DNA of 55,467 nt, the filler included, from Dimargaris cristalligena (lineage: Eukaryota): assembly GCA_003614675.1 (NCBI GenBank). It is 2 parts of 2 records of this genome, joined end to end, with 100 filler letters (N's around TTAATTAATTAA, not from the genome) between each part and the next. Parts side by side here need not be neighbours in the genome. Positions count along the whole stretch, not along the records: positions 1 to 27,701 come from ML002512.1; positions 27,802 to 55,467 come from ML002513.1. One strand, 5' to 3'. Below the pieces are notes generated by a model, which saw only the letters and a list, made by a program, of their open reading frames with translations, was not told where the DNA came from and ran no database searches. Below are positions 22,414 through 34,715 of this stretch, in pieces (within the stretch, counting starts at the first letter, position 1; every line of letters begins with the position of its first letter). The position numbers and the translations under genes are program-made.

Positions 22414-25400
22414 GGTGGTAATTTCAAGGCGAATGGTAGGAGTGTTTTTGTGTGTGTGGAGGGGAGGGGGAATGAATAACAAGGGTGGTGGTACTGGTAT
22501 TGGTATTGGTGCTGAAAAGGCGAACTTATATACGTATGAGAGTTGGGTACAAGGCTCTGCCAGTTGGCACGTCATAAAAAAATTCGCTGAGTTGGGTGGG
22601 AATAAATAATCAAACCAAGTGAGAAGGCAGCCGATAAGCCAGTTAGTCACCCGATGTACTTGTACTTGCCAAACCGTGTTGTCAGGTGATAAGGGAAAGA
22701 AGGGTATTGTATATTTTACGACCCTTTCCCCCCTTTTCAGAGCTTTTCCCAAATAAGAATAATCCGACGTAATAGCAGAAAAGAAGATGGATTAAGTAAA
22801 GGTATTAAGTAGAAGATTGCTAGTGGTGTGTTGTGGGTGGGAGGATACACTTGCAAGGTTGAGGGGGGAAATCCCGCTGGGAACGGCGCTGCCTTCCGCG
22901 TGGTCTCAATGGTAGTCGGAGAATGGTCAACAGTCCGCTATAATAACACTGGGGGATTGGCAGTAGGTAAAGGTGGCCAGGACAGACCAATTGGTCAGAA
23001 TAAAAAGCTGCAAAGACAATTGCGTATTAGTGACTACAACCTTGGCGACTATTTATATTCACTGGAAAGTACCTAAGCGGGTGGTCGTATTTAGAGATTA
23101 TGGTGTATCCTCGTCATCAGTAAATATGGATGCGCGAAAGGCTCATTCTGGCTACTAAACGAAGGGCCCGGTTGACCATTATGGCATTACTAGTTTAAAC
23201 TAGAATGCCCTCTTATATTCACATTCATAATCGATTAAAATATTCGGAAATTGATGAAATTTAAAATCAGTTGTAGCCTCACGCCATCTCGCCATCGGGG
23301 AGGGCTTTAGAGCGATCACAGCACTAATAAGCCGACGAGGAATAGTAAAATGTGAGCGGGCGATGCCAACCGAAATACCGAAAAGACCATGACGGCAGCC
23401 TCTCCACCAGTTTGGGAATGAAATAACACATGTGTTGTAAAGAACCCGGGTCACCAGAGTGTATGAGAAATGTAGGCGACCAACTTGGGACGGATCTTTG
23501 TTAATATATTATAACCTCCAGTGTGTTTCACCCACCCTTCAGTCGTCAACCCAAGACTGGGCTACTTCAATGGGCTTACCATTTAGCTATTTCATTTCTC
23601 CAGTATATGGGTTCTATCCAGATCTGCATTGTCCTCTCCAGTGATTTATTTTTCAATTACAGTTCTCGGTTTGCAGCCCAGATCTAAATGGCAAGCCATT
23701 CAACGTGGTTTGTTAAGTCGCATGCAAGATAACATAGTCAAGTCAGTTCAGTAGCGAATCACGCCAATGGTTACTATCAAAGCATTTCCCATTTTTCAGT
23801 CCAATCATATAGTCGATATTGGCACCAAAAAGCCTTTTGTGGACTATATATACAAATTGCAGCAGGTCTAATATGAAAAATCAGAATTCCAAGATAGTGG
23901 TATTTTGTTATTAGTGTTTGATAAAGAAAAATAGTAGCATAGGACTGTACACTAGTGTCAATTAGCCCCGCATATTTATGCTTAGTCTTTACGTATTCAT
24001 TATTCAAATTGATGGCACACATTATGATACAGTATTGGATTTGATTTTTTCAGACTCCAATTAAGTCCATCCTTCTCCCGCTCTTCAATTATATGACGAA
24101 ATCTAGTGGTTCTGGCTGCATTCCCACTGATCAAAATGCACTGTGTATTATGAGATACACATAGCCCATTTTCCCCGACATTAAATTACATCCCAGAGAT
24201 AGAGTCTCTTGCACCAACAAGTTAGGGCACTTAGCGGTGACTGTATATTCCCCCATTGTAGTCAGTAGCAATACGCATGAAACAATAGGGCGAAAAGTAA
24301 ACCATTATAATGGGATCCTGCTAGTCAGCAGAGGCCATCAGCGATGAAAGATATTCGTGAGTAGTCGTGTGGAAGCCTTTATATTACTTCAGCCCCAGTT
24401 AGCGATTAGGTACATGTAAAACCGCGGATGACGACAGGAATATAGTCCAGAGCTCAAGTATGAGCACATTTCTCTAAATAGTACTTACTTATTAGCCCCG
24501 AGTAAATTCGAGTCTTTATTTTAAAATAGATTTAGAAATTATCTAAACGGGTCAATAATTTAAATTTACAGAGATGAAATCAACGACGGTGAAGGCGACA
24601 GCGCCGCTTTTTCTTAAACGATAATAATATTATTGATTCTACGTGTACTGATCCGAGTGGTTATGAAAATACTATTACACATCGTCGTTCGATTGTCGGT
24701 ATATCGTATATCCTGTATCCCATTAACGACTCATCTTGCCAATAGTTACGTCGTCCCGTTCGCGACTCCTATGGTCCGCCTGTTTGGGTCCAACTCACAA
24801 ACTGCGCCCGGCACTTCTTCACCCGACGGGACCAAGCTGAATTCTCCCGGCCTCTCGGACCTTGGGGCTATATTTCTGCACATATAGTCAAAGTTAAATA
24901 TTTATCACTCGGGGCTGGTCCAGTCAGTCTCCCTCATTCGAGCGAGGGGTGTTGTGGAGGGGGGGGCGACCTCTTGTCTGTGAGGGGTGAAAGTCTCCCC
25001 CAGTTGCATTAGTACCCGTCCGTCTGAGTGCAGCACCCTTATTTCTTTCGCCGGGGGATTAAGTTCGGTTGTGCTGGGCCCTTGATTATCAATTCTTCGG
25101 TACATGGGGTATATAGGATCTTCCATGCTTCGTCTTTTGGGGCCGCCTCCTTCTGCCGCCGGAATTACCATGGAGCGACGCCACTCTAATAGTAGACTAA
25201 TGCACAATCCCATTAGGCCGCCCTATTTTTTTTTTGGCACTGTAACAATGATCCTTTGCGTATCATCACCTACAAATGATAACCATAGACTCTGAAAAAT
25301 GAACGTAAAATACTGTAGGGTAGGATATATAGACACCAGCAAAAGCGCGAATCGCGAGTATAGTCCTTGTTGAGCGTACAAGGAATGCCTCATGAAAACA

Positions 25401-26617
25401 TCATGTAAATCGCTATCGTCTTTTTGTGTCTAGGCTGTTGTGTACCCCTTAATCCCCCCCTATTCCCTCTATTCCCTCTATGCAACCTCTTTGCGGATTT
25501 CTCTTATTTCGTCTTTTCTCATTTAGCGAATATATTCGCTGTCTCAGTCTTCCCTCCCATCCCGCATCGCTATATCGTTGATTACCGATACTAATTAAAC
25601 AAACGCAATAGTACTTCCCCTCTCTTGTATTTCGATGGCTACCCCTTCTTTCTGGGCATCAATAATATTTCTTTGTGGGGTTAAAAATACACACCTACAT
25701 ACTATGGCTGGTGTCTAGAGTGGGTCTATCATAAAGCGACTTGAGAAAACTTGCCTATTTAAAATTCGACCTAAGCTGCCACACCTAGACCGGATAATAT
25801 GGAAAATAGAGCATACCGCCCTTGTAATTTGCGAACTACACAATAGGACATCCTTGTGCTAAATGGCGGTGGGCGTCATCGGCTATAATAGCGGTGGACA
25901 AGCGCAGATTCACTTGCTTGGCTGGTCGCTCCCCCTGCTATTGCGCGGGTCGAGGGGTCGGCTACAGGATAAAAAGCCCATATCGTAAGTGGGCTAATTT
26001 ATACGAAGATCGCAGTAGCGGCACTGTGGACGATCCATAGAATCAGACGACATCCATGAATGCAAGTGAGAATCCGTTTCTTTGTGGTCTGCACCTTCTC
26101 ACTAAGCCTGCCTAGTCTCCTCTATCTATGCCATATAGCCTGTCCCCCTACATTATACCATTACCTATTTTTTTACACCCTCGCACCTAGCACCCTACAT
26201 CGAATATTTTGTAGCTATACTACCTGCACGATGGATGAATTGCCCAGTTCAAATTATTTCTTATAAATATCAAATTCGCCGGCCTGTCCAAGAGAGCTTA
26301 TCGTCACATTCTACATTGACCTATTCATCATTAACCCCATAGCCATCCGGTACTATTGCCTGCACATCCCACCACTCCCCATAAGTTTGACCCCAATGAT
26401 ATATTGTTTACGGCCCTTGTAGGTCAATGCACCCCAATGTCCGGATTAGAGAAATTGTCACGATTTCCTAAACGCACTTTCCTAACTATGTATGCCTTAC
26501 CATCGTCTTCAACTGATTCTGAACGCGTTAACTATCTGTAGACAATTATTGACCAAACTAGCGTTCCCAAGCCCCATATTGTCCACTGATTCCATGGAAG
26601 CCATCCAATCCACCACC

Positions 26618-26875
26618 ATGCCCCGCCGAGTAATGCGCGCCACTCTCTGCTGCCTAGCCCTCCTAGTTCTGACTTCACACCTGGCTTCTACTGCTCCACA
26701 ACACGAAGATAGCCTCACCAACTCCCACCCCATGTCCCTATACCGACGGGCCATCCCCAAGGTGCATAAGGTTAAGCAGAAACCTGTGAAGTTTAGGAAG
26801 ACGCCGGTGCATGAGGTACCGATGGCGAAAGTGGATAATGCTGCACATCGAGGCAAACCGATCGAAGAAGACTAG
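26618..26875 (+). CDS. Small secreted prepro-peptide, 85 aa, with Kex2-type RR site
   Basis: Hydrophobic signal (MRATLCCLALLVLTSHLAST-AP), a propeptide ending LYRR, then a Lys-rich 41-aa peptide. Alternative ATGs at 26594 and 26633. Confidence 0.65.
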   Translation: MPRRVMRATLCCLALLVLTSHLASTAPQHEDSLTNSHPMSLYRRAIPKVHKVKQKPVKFRKTPVHEVPMAKVDNAAHRGKPIEED

Positions 26876-27701
26876 TTCCGCACCACCTATGCCCTCTTTG
26901 AAGAATCGATAGAGGTGCTCATTAGGCACCAGTCACCTATTATTCAGTTATTGCGTAGCAGTCCATTTCGATTGGCTTAAAATTAGCATCATGATGAAAC
27001 TCAGTGATAGACGGGACCTCATTCATTCAATAAACGGTGTTTTCAGATGACCATTTTTAATCGGATTATAATATTTGTTGTTCCCATAGAATTGTGCCTC
27101 TATAAATCACACTATACTGGGTGGTTCAGCTGGAATACATATGGGAGAAGTTCATTCAGGCTGTATAACGAAAAATCCATTGGATGAGGCCAATATTACT
27201 GGTTAAAAGATATTCTCACATGTATTCGTCCATACACGTATTATGTAAAACCTTATACAGCTGGCTTGAATTTCACCCATATGAAGCCATGATGTGCTTC
27301 ATCATGTACATGTATTCACACGAATACTGGTGGACGGACTTGCCTTTGCAATTTCCAGCACCGCTCGGGCTTACAGGGATATTCACGTGCGGAGGGTGGT
27401 CAAATCCTTCATGTGCGTATGAGCTCCCAAACGTATAATGTACTACGGCATACCGTGCACCATTTAAGTGTATCTACTAATAATCAAAGGAGCACGTCAT
27501 TTTGACGACCTTATTATTAGTGGTTGACTTATCCAATGTCTTTTAGAATTATATGCGGCGACAATACTGCAACAAAAGACTGCCATGTCACAGATTGGCT
27601 GTTCTTTGCCCCTGTTGGTTAAAATTAATATACAACAGAATATCGACAATGTTCCATAAATCTACTGACTACCTATCGCACACAATGGCCTAGGGTGCCT
27701 T

Positions 27702-27801
27702 NNNNNNNNNNNNNNNNNNNNNNNNNNNNNNNNNNNNNNNNNNNNTTAATTAATTAANNNNNNNNNNNNNNNNNNNNNNNNNNNNNNNNNNNNNNNNNNN
27801 N
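27702..27801. other. Artificial contig spacer (44 N + TTAATTAATTAA + 44 N)
   Basis: Symmetric N runs around a 12-mer (27746-27757) that gives stop codons in all six frames. Exactly 100 nt long. Confidence 0.97.
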
Positions 27802-27823
27802 AGAAGGAGAAAGATAGAGAAAC

Positions 27824-27889
27824 AAATTTTCACTAGAAAATTTTTCCTTTCTACTTCGGGGAAAGTAATATTTTTACGGAAAAATTTTT
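27824..27889. promoter_or_regulatory. Cluster of RRPE-like (GAAAA[A]TTTT) motifs, two forming an inverted repeat
   Basis: AAATTTTCA at 27824, GAAAATTTTT at 27836 and GAAAAATTTTT at 27879. 27837-27847 is the reverse complement of 27878-27888. Confidence 0.3.
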
Positions 27890-27947
27890 CTTTCCCCTCT
27901 ATTAACATAATGAGTTTGTATAAACGAATTACACCACTTTACTTCCC

Positions 27948-28762
27948 ATGTCGAAACCACACCCCTCCTCAGCTGCCATTCAGCAGGCGGCGGAAGCCTT
28001 TGTAACCCACTGCCTCAAGAAGTCGTCAGGAATGACCACCACCGCGGGTGCCCCCTCCTCGTCACTGGCATCCACCTACGAATTTCTTCCGGTGGTGGGC
28101 TGGCCGACCACTACTCCGTTGCCACCTTCCCGGGCTGACCGCAGCAACACCCCATCACTACGCCGCCCGTCACGAATTGCTATACTGGACGCTTCGTTCA
28201 ACCCACCGACCCTGGCGCACGCGGGCCTGCTCGACCAAACCCTACGCTTATTTAGGCCCTCGGCTACCCCCAACTCCCCGTCTAACAAGCCGCGCGTTCG
28301 CACTTTGCAGGACTGGGTGGCCGCCAACATAGTGCCCCAGTCCTCGAGTGGCCGGTCAACAGGCACGGAAGAAGATGAAAAAACTACGACAACCGGTTCA
28401 CTCCACCCGTCTATCTACTCGGAACATCCTCAGTCCATCGACCATTATTCAGAAAGGGAGGAGGGGGCCTTCGACGCTGCTCTTCTGCTATTATCGTCCG
28501 TCAACGCGGATAAAAAACTAGTGGGGGCTAACCTAGCCCAGCGACTCGAAATGATGAACCTAATTCGATCGGAGATAACGGCGGTCCCTTTCGCTTGTAA
28601 CCACCCTCCTCCGCTGACCATTGACCGAATTGGCGTGGGTCTCACCAACGGCGCCCGTTTTGTCGATAAAATCAGGGCCCTCCGCGCTTATTTTACCCAG
28701 AGCACCTCTTCAGCGAACCAACAGCACCGCAGCGGTAATGGTAATGGTAGTAGTAGTAGTAA

Positions 28763-28793
<31 letters not shown>

Positions 28794-29663
28794 TCGGGGG
28801 ACCGCCGTGATCATCTATCGCAAGATAACCCGGAACCACTGCCCCAGTTTTACTTCATCATGGGTATGGACACCCTCGAGCGCTTCTTCGACCCCAAGTA
28901 TTATCCGGGATCCCCAGTGCCAACCGACTCCCCCCTGCCAACATCATCCCATCAAGCCTCAGCCCCACGAAATTATGCGAACGATGCCTACTATGCCCAT
29001 ATGAACGCCTTCTTTTTCGGCGAATCCAACTCCCCGACACCGAGTGGGAATGAATCGGGGCCCCGTCCCATCAACTATGCCAACGACGACCCCTTCTTCA
29101 AGGCGGAAGAAGGAGCAGGAAAAGGAGGAGGAGGAGGCGGCCGACTGATTGTGGCCCCCCGCTGCCCCCCGCCAAACCCCATACCTCCAACGGATCGGGA
29201 ACCGGCCCTACCCTCCCGCACGACAGGGGCAGAGCTCCAGGGGGAAGAAGCCGACCATGGCGATGATGATGAAGAAGACGGAGAGAAAGAGAAAGAGGCA
29301 CGCCGCATGACCCAGCTCGCTAATGACCAACTTCGGGCCCTGGTCCATCGGTTCCCGGCCAGTCGTCCCTATTGGCTCTACGTGTACCTTCTACCGGTTC
29401 TGTCGGACCCAGCCGAACGCCACCTAATGACGATCTCGTCCACTCAGGCGCGGCGCTATTTCCAACGGGAGGGCGAAAAGGCCGGCCCTATCGTCTACCA
29501 TGACGACGACAACGACACCATCAATCTCGATTCTCCTCCTCCTCCTCCTCCCTCTGACCCTATTCAACGGCTAGTTGCCCAACCCATCGACCAGTTTATC
29601 CGGGACCATCATCTGTACCAATCCCAACCCACCCTTCGCTTGTGTCCTCTTCGGAGGAAATAA
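27948..29663 (+). CDS. POF1: Pof1-type nicotinamide mononucleotide adenylyltransferase with low-complexity insertions
   Basis: Motifs ILDASFNPPTLAH, LLLSSVNADK, RLEMM, FVDK, FIMGMDTLERFFDPKYY and ISSTQAR appear in the order expected for fungal Pof1-like nucleotidyltransferases. Confidence 0.85.
28749..28793 (+). repeat. (AGT)n microsatellite encoding poly-Ser inside POF1
   Basis: AGT tandem array with one AAT interruption, in frame. Confidence 0.9.
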
Positions 29664-31136
29664 TAGGTTAAATGATATATACATATTGGCAATACCCGAG
29701 AAATTTTAATTATAGGCCCCCTGCACCAATATAACCGCCATCGCCATCATAAAATCATCACCAATCTATTTTATCTTACAATTTTGGGGTTTGCATATTA
29801 TTACTATTATTATATTATTATTTGGGGGGGGGGGTGCTTTTGCAATCACCGAAACCCTTACATTAGAACGACCCTCCCTTTAAATAAATGGGAATACCAT
29901 CGGTGGTCTATTATATAACCCAACCCGAACTTGACCTAGATTGTTTGCATCATGTTGGACCCAACTGACGAATAACAATGAAATCATCGATTTCCGACCA
30001 TGGCCCAAGAAGTATTTTTATCGGTCGAGCTCCAAAACATTACAAGCGATTGATATATTATGCCATACACGCGGAGGATACATTTACAACCATATATATT
30101 CTATACCCGGTATCTACCCATGGGACATCCCGTACGATGTGCGGTGCCCCCCCCCTCCCATCTTCGAAGTATGGCATCCCATCGACGGGCTTACTAATAT
30201 CTTTCAATAATGCCATATATATATATATGTGGGTAAAATTCAAACCAGCTGTATAAGGTTTTACATAATACGTGTATGGGCGAATATATGTGAGAATAGC
30301 TTTTAACCAGTAATATTGGCCTCATCCAATGGATTTTTCATTATACAGCCTGAATGAACTTCTCCCGTGTTTAACTGGTTTGAATAGATAACGATGGTGG
30401 TACACGGCTATACCAATGTCACTTACATGTATGAACACAGGTCACTTACCGATGTGCGTCACAAGCACAGGTCTCTAGCCCAGTTACCACAGTGGCGTTA
30501 TGAAACTACGTCATGGATGGGGGGGCAGTCGGAAAATTGGGATCAGACAACTTCAAAAAGCCGACTTCGTTGGTCCACGCCATCTATTTGCAGGGTGCGT
30601 AAATCCAACACGACTGGTAACTAATAATGGACACTGGGATTCATCTACCATTGCCAGAGAGTAAACCCATTTATTACATCCATAATGCAGAATTGTACTT
30701 GCCAGGTTATTCTTAAACATGTCAGAGGCCACTCACTCGTTCCCATATACGTCTCTCTTCTTAGAATGAGCTTGCCGTTCAGGTCAGAGTCAGATAAAAC
30801 TAGAATTCACCGAATTCCAACTACTGATGTATTTTATTTTCTATTACTGGATCAAAAAAGGCTCTATACGTAATGCCATATTTATGATTGTAAATAAATA
30901 TAAAATATTTTTAAGGGATGAAGAGTGGGATAATGAATGGGAGGAGGTACACAATACGAGGGGGGGAATGCCGGAGATAGGAGCGTCGGTATACTTAAAC
31001 TGAAAAGGGGAGTGAGAGAGGGAATCACTGCCATTTAGTCAAATGGAAGATACGGGAAGTGGGAATAGTAGAAAGGAGAAGGGGGCAGGGCGGGCAAAAT
31101 AGGGGGTGATTGCGATGTGCGGGTATTATTTTTTAG

Positions 31137-33572
31137 TTAGCACAACTCATTAGATAGGTGATGTACATGTTGGGTGCTGAGACAGTTGGGTTTACAGTAG
31201 TCGATGGACTTGAACCAGGGGTCGTTCAAAATATCCTCCATCGTGGCCCGCTTCTTGACGTCGGGGTGCAGCATCGCTGCCAAGAGGGGCTGGCCCTCGA
31301 CAATCGGGAACGCGGTGATTGCTTTGGAAGTACGGCGGTTGTGGTTATTGGCATACGAAGAATAGTCAGCGTTGTCACGCCGGGCTACTTTCCAGGGGAA
31401 TTTGGAAAGGACCAAGGAGAATAGGACAATACCCAGCGACCAAATATCGGAGGCCCGGGGATCGTAAGGTCGCTTAACGTGAAGTTCGGGGGCGATATAG
31501 GGGTCGGACCCGGTATAACCGGTCACTTCGTGGGCCTCCGATTCGAACGGGGTCTTGAACACGATGGCACAGCCAAAATCGATGAGTTTGACAATGCCAT
31601 CGAAGTTAAGCATGCAGTTCTCCAGTTTCAAATCCCGGTGGGCGATACCCAGACTGTGCAGGTAGTTGACACCGTGAACGATCTGGACGAAACAGCAGAT
31701 GCACTCGTCAGGGGTCATTTTACCGGTGGCAACGACGTTAAATAAATCGTAAGGGCAGTACTCCATGATTTCGTAAACATGGCCCTCTTCAAAGATAATG
31801 TCCAGGGTTTCGACGATGTTCTCGTGGTGAATGGATGATCCGATGCAGTATTCGCTGGTAATCTTCTTGTAGTACTCACGCTCCGACTCCCGGGGGTCGC
31901 GGGCCCGGAATTCTTTAACCGCGTATACCTTGGGCCGGCCTCCGTTGGCGGGCTGAGTGAGACAAGGGGTGACCTGGCTCGTATCAGCGGCTCGCTGCAG
32001 AGCGTTGGTGGAGGGTTTCTTACCAAGCATTGTCACCGGGTTCTGGTTGTGGGCCGGGACACTTTGGTGGGCGTATTCCTCAAGCAGGCGCACAGTACCG
32101 CCGGTGCCTTGGCCAATAACTTTGACCGCTTTACCGTATTCCGCAAGTGAGGCTTCGTGAGCATGATAGCGTCGCCGGACGGCGCTGTGTTCGGAAGAGC
32201 CGGAAGACGAGTAGCCACCCTGGCCAGCGGCGTCGTCGTCCGCACCTTTAGCTACCGGACCGGAAGGGACGGGTCGCGGGGCGGTGGCGTTATTCGCCAC
32301 AAAGGCGCCAGGCTGAGCGGTGGGTGGGTGATGACCCGGGCTTGCTTCCACAGCGGCCTGCTGGTTGCCGGAGCGAGGTTGTTGACGGCCCTTGAGGAAC
32401 TTTTTGATGGGGACAAAGATATGGGCAATGGGACGATGGGGCTTGGGTGGTTTACTACCAGTTAGGCCAGGGACCGGCGAGGGTGACTGGGCGTGCTGGT
32501 GGTGAATGTCCTTAATCCCATGGACGGCTTTCGTCAAGGGGTTGTTTTCGACAAAATGGGAGAGCATCCGGCCAGCGGTGGGGGACGGCTGTTGTTGGCT
32601 CGAGCCGGACTTGGAGTAGCGGTGCTTGGGTGGGCCCCCAGTATGACCCCCCCGGCTACGGCGCTCTTCCGAAACAATCCGATCCACCGTGGCGGGGGAG
32701 ATGTAGTGCACATTGTTGCGCACGGCAGCCTCCTCGGTATAGCGGGATGTATCCACGGAGGGCCGCGGTGGTGGCTGCCGAACAGGTGGGGGTTCAGTCG
32801 AAATAACTTGACTAGAACTAGTGGATACGGGGGTATGGGGGTGGGAGACGCTGCGGCGACGGTCAGCTACTTCGGTGGGTGACAAGTTGGCTACGGGTAC
32901 GGGCTCCCCCATGGTAGAGGAGCGATGACGTAGGGGTGGCGAGCGTTGTCGCTGGCCGGAGGACCGAGCCGAGCCGTTAGAATCGCTAGACCGGGTCGAG
33001 CCGGCCTCACTCTGGTTGGAGCTCGACAGGCGGAAGGAGGCCTTGCGGGCGATAACAGCACCGGGGGTGGCCGTGGGGGAATGCACGGAGCCAGGAGGGA
33101 AGAGTGGGGCGGGCATGGGGTCGTCGGTCAAAGTGGACTGGCGCTTCCAGTCCAGGCCAGCAGTGGACTCAGGGGAGTGCAGGAGCAGCGCACTGGGGCT
33201 GGGTTGAAGGGTAGCGGTCGAGGATTGACGAGTGGAGGGGGTGGTTCGCCGGGGGCTGGTGGAATGGGATGGGGAGGCAGAGTCGCAATGTCTTGGGGAA
33301 GGGGGGGAAGCTGAGGGAGAAGGGGGAAGATAAGCCGGGGTGGTGAAGGAGGAAGAGGAGACGGGCGAAGGGACACTCTCACCCGAGGAGGAACCCTGGG
33401 CGTTGGAAGGTCGCTTACGTGATAGTAGAGAGCGCACTGAGAGGCCCGAGGCAGCCGTCGTCAGTTTAGCCAAGCGAGAAGACTTAGAGTTAGAAGAGCG
33501 CTGAGAAGGGGAAGGGCTAAGGCCAGTGGAGTCGGGACTGTGGGTAGACATGGTGCTGACCGGCGGGCTCAT
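31137..33572 (-). CDS. Ser/Thr protein kinase of the fungal HAL/NPR1/HRK1 family, 811 aa
   Basis: GQGTGGTV, YAVKEFR, KKITSEYCIGSSIHHENIVETLD, HRDLKLEN, DFG and GSDPYIAPE. Long S/P-rich N-terminus. In-frame TAA two codons upstream of the ATG. Confidence 0.93.
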   Translation of the reverse strand: MSPPVSTMSTHSPDSTGLSPSPSQRSSNSKSSRLAKLTTAASGLSVRSLLSRKRPSNAQGSSSGESVPSPVSSSSFTTPAYLPPSPSASPPSPRHCDSASPSHSTSPRRTTPSTRQSSTATLQPSPSALLLHSPESTAGLDWKRQSTLTDDPMPAPLFPPGSVHSPTATPGAVIARKASFRLSSSNQSEAGSTRSSDSNGSARSSGQRQRSPPLRHRSSTMGEPVPVANLSPTEVADRRRSVSHPHTPVSTSSSQVISTEPPPVRQPPPRPSVDTSRYTEEAAVRNNVHYISPATVDRIVSEERRSRGGHTGGPPKHRYSKSGSSQQQPSPTAGRMLSHFVENNPLTKAVHGIKDIHHQHAQSPSPVPGLTGSKPPKPHRPIAHIFVPIKKFLKGRQQPRSGNQQAAVEASPGHHPPTAQPGAFVANNATAPRPVPSGPVAKGADDDAAGQGGYSSSGSSEHSAVRRRYHAHEASLAEYGKAVKVIGQGTGGTVRLLEEYAHQSVPAHNQNPVTMLGKKPSTNALQRAADTSQVTPCLTQPANGGRPKVYAVKEFRARDPRESEREYYKKITSEYCIGSSIHHENIVETLDIIFEEGHVYEIMEYCPYDLFNVVATGKMTPDECICCFVQIVHGVNYLHSLGIAHRDLKLENCMLNFDGIVKLIDFGCAIVFKTPFESEAHEVTGYTGSDPYIAPELHVKRPYDPRASDIWSLGIVLFSLVLSKFPWKVARRDNADYSSYANNHNRRTSKAITAFPIVEGQPLLAAMLHPDVKKRATMEDILNDPWFKSIDYCKPNCLSTQHVHHLSNELC

Positions 33573-34715
33573 GGCTTATATAGGGGGAGAAGGGGGATGA
33601 TGGGAATTATAAGCGAAAATAAATATGGGGGTGGGTGGGTGATGGGGAGTTTTACAATACAGTGGAGGGGGGAGGGAAAGTGCCCAAGAGAAAGTTGGAG
33701 GGCAGAAGAATATACACAGTTGAGGTGCACGCAAAAAGGGGGCACCGGGAAGAGGCGGGAAGAAGGTCAGAATGGAAAAGAGGGACGGGGTTGACGTATG
33801 TCACGCACCCTATTAATCACGCAAGGAAATAATAGAAATGGGGTGTGGTGGAGATTGGATTATCCACGAGAGAATACGCCAGACCAGCCTAAAATAGAGC
33901 CGAGGAAGACGAAAAAGAGAAGGGAGAGAGAGGCTCAAACGGATTGATGAATGCAGTAGTGACCAGAATATATAAATAAGAGACTGTTCTTATCACGGCT
34001 TCAAACACAATGCGTGAGGGCGTCTATCTAGAAACAGCTGCTAAAATATTGCCTGGGAAGGGATTATTCAAACAAAATCAATTACGACAAGAGTAGCGCT
34101 AACGGTGAAAGGGGGTTTCTGAGCGGCTAAAGAAAGCGAGAAAGGCACCGAGTGATTACAAAAAAAATAGGCGGAAACAGGTATGGTGAATAAGGAGGAG
34201 GAGCCACGGTGGAAACCCAGAAACTTAGACGAAGGATATCAATTTAGCTAAGCCTCAAATGGGGAAATGTAGGGAAGCACACTAAGGGTGGTGGAAAATG
34301 TGAGGATGCACCTGATTTGAGGAGCACTTGAAAGAGGGACGCTGCAGAGTGGGCGATAAGCCAAATGCAGATGAACGCCCCCCGTGAAGCGCCAACAGCT
34401 AAAACAATCGGGGAAAAGGGGGCCGTGCAGATGACGGCGGTAATGGCGGGCCGGGATTCCGGTTTAAAGTGGTTATCGTCGCTGGGACTGGGTTGACGTA
34501 TACCCAGAGCCTTAATGGAAACCAGGGGGATACTATGGAGGACTATAGCAATGGATGGTAGTGGGGTATGGGCCAAGTCGACTCAGTCAAGATTGGAGAA
34601 CCGGAGGGGTAAGATTCAGTCAGTTTGGTTAAGCAGAGTAACTATAAAAAAAAATAACAGAGAGGAATAAGTCCAGAAATAATCAACTGGCTGGACTCGG
34701 AGGCGTGTGTTACAC
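33573..34715 (-). other. Putative common 5'-UTR exon of the kinase (AUG-free, ~1.14 kb)
   Basis: No minus-strand ATG from 33573 to 34790. Bounded by an ACTAAC branch point (34740-34735), a pyrimidine tract and TTTAG ending at 34716. Confidence 0.6.

Noticed and set aside
22414-22752. 113-codon N-terminal extension of the F-box/LRR ORF
   Set aside because: It begins at TTG and has UTR-like composition. The first in-frame ATG in a good context is at 22413.
24750-25213. GC-richer patch with short ORFs on both strands
   Set aside because: No motif, signal peptide or consistent splice model.
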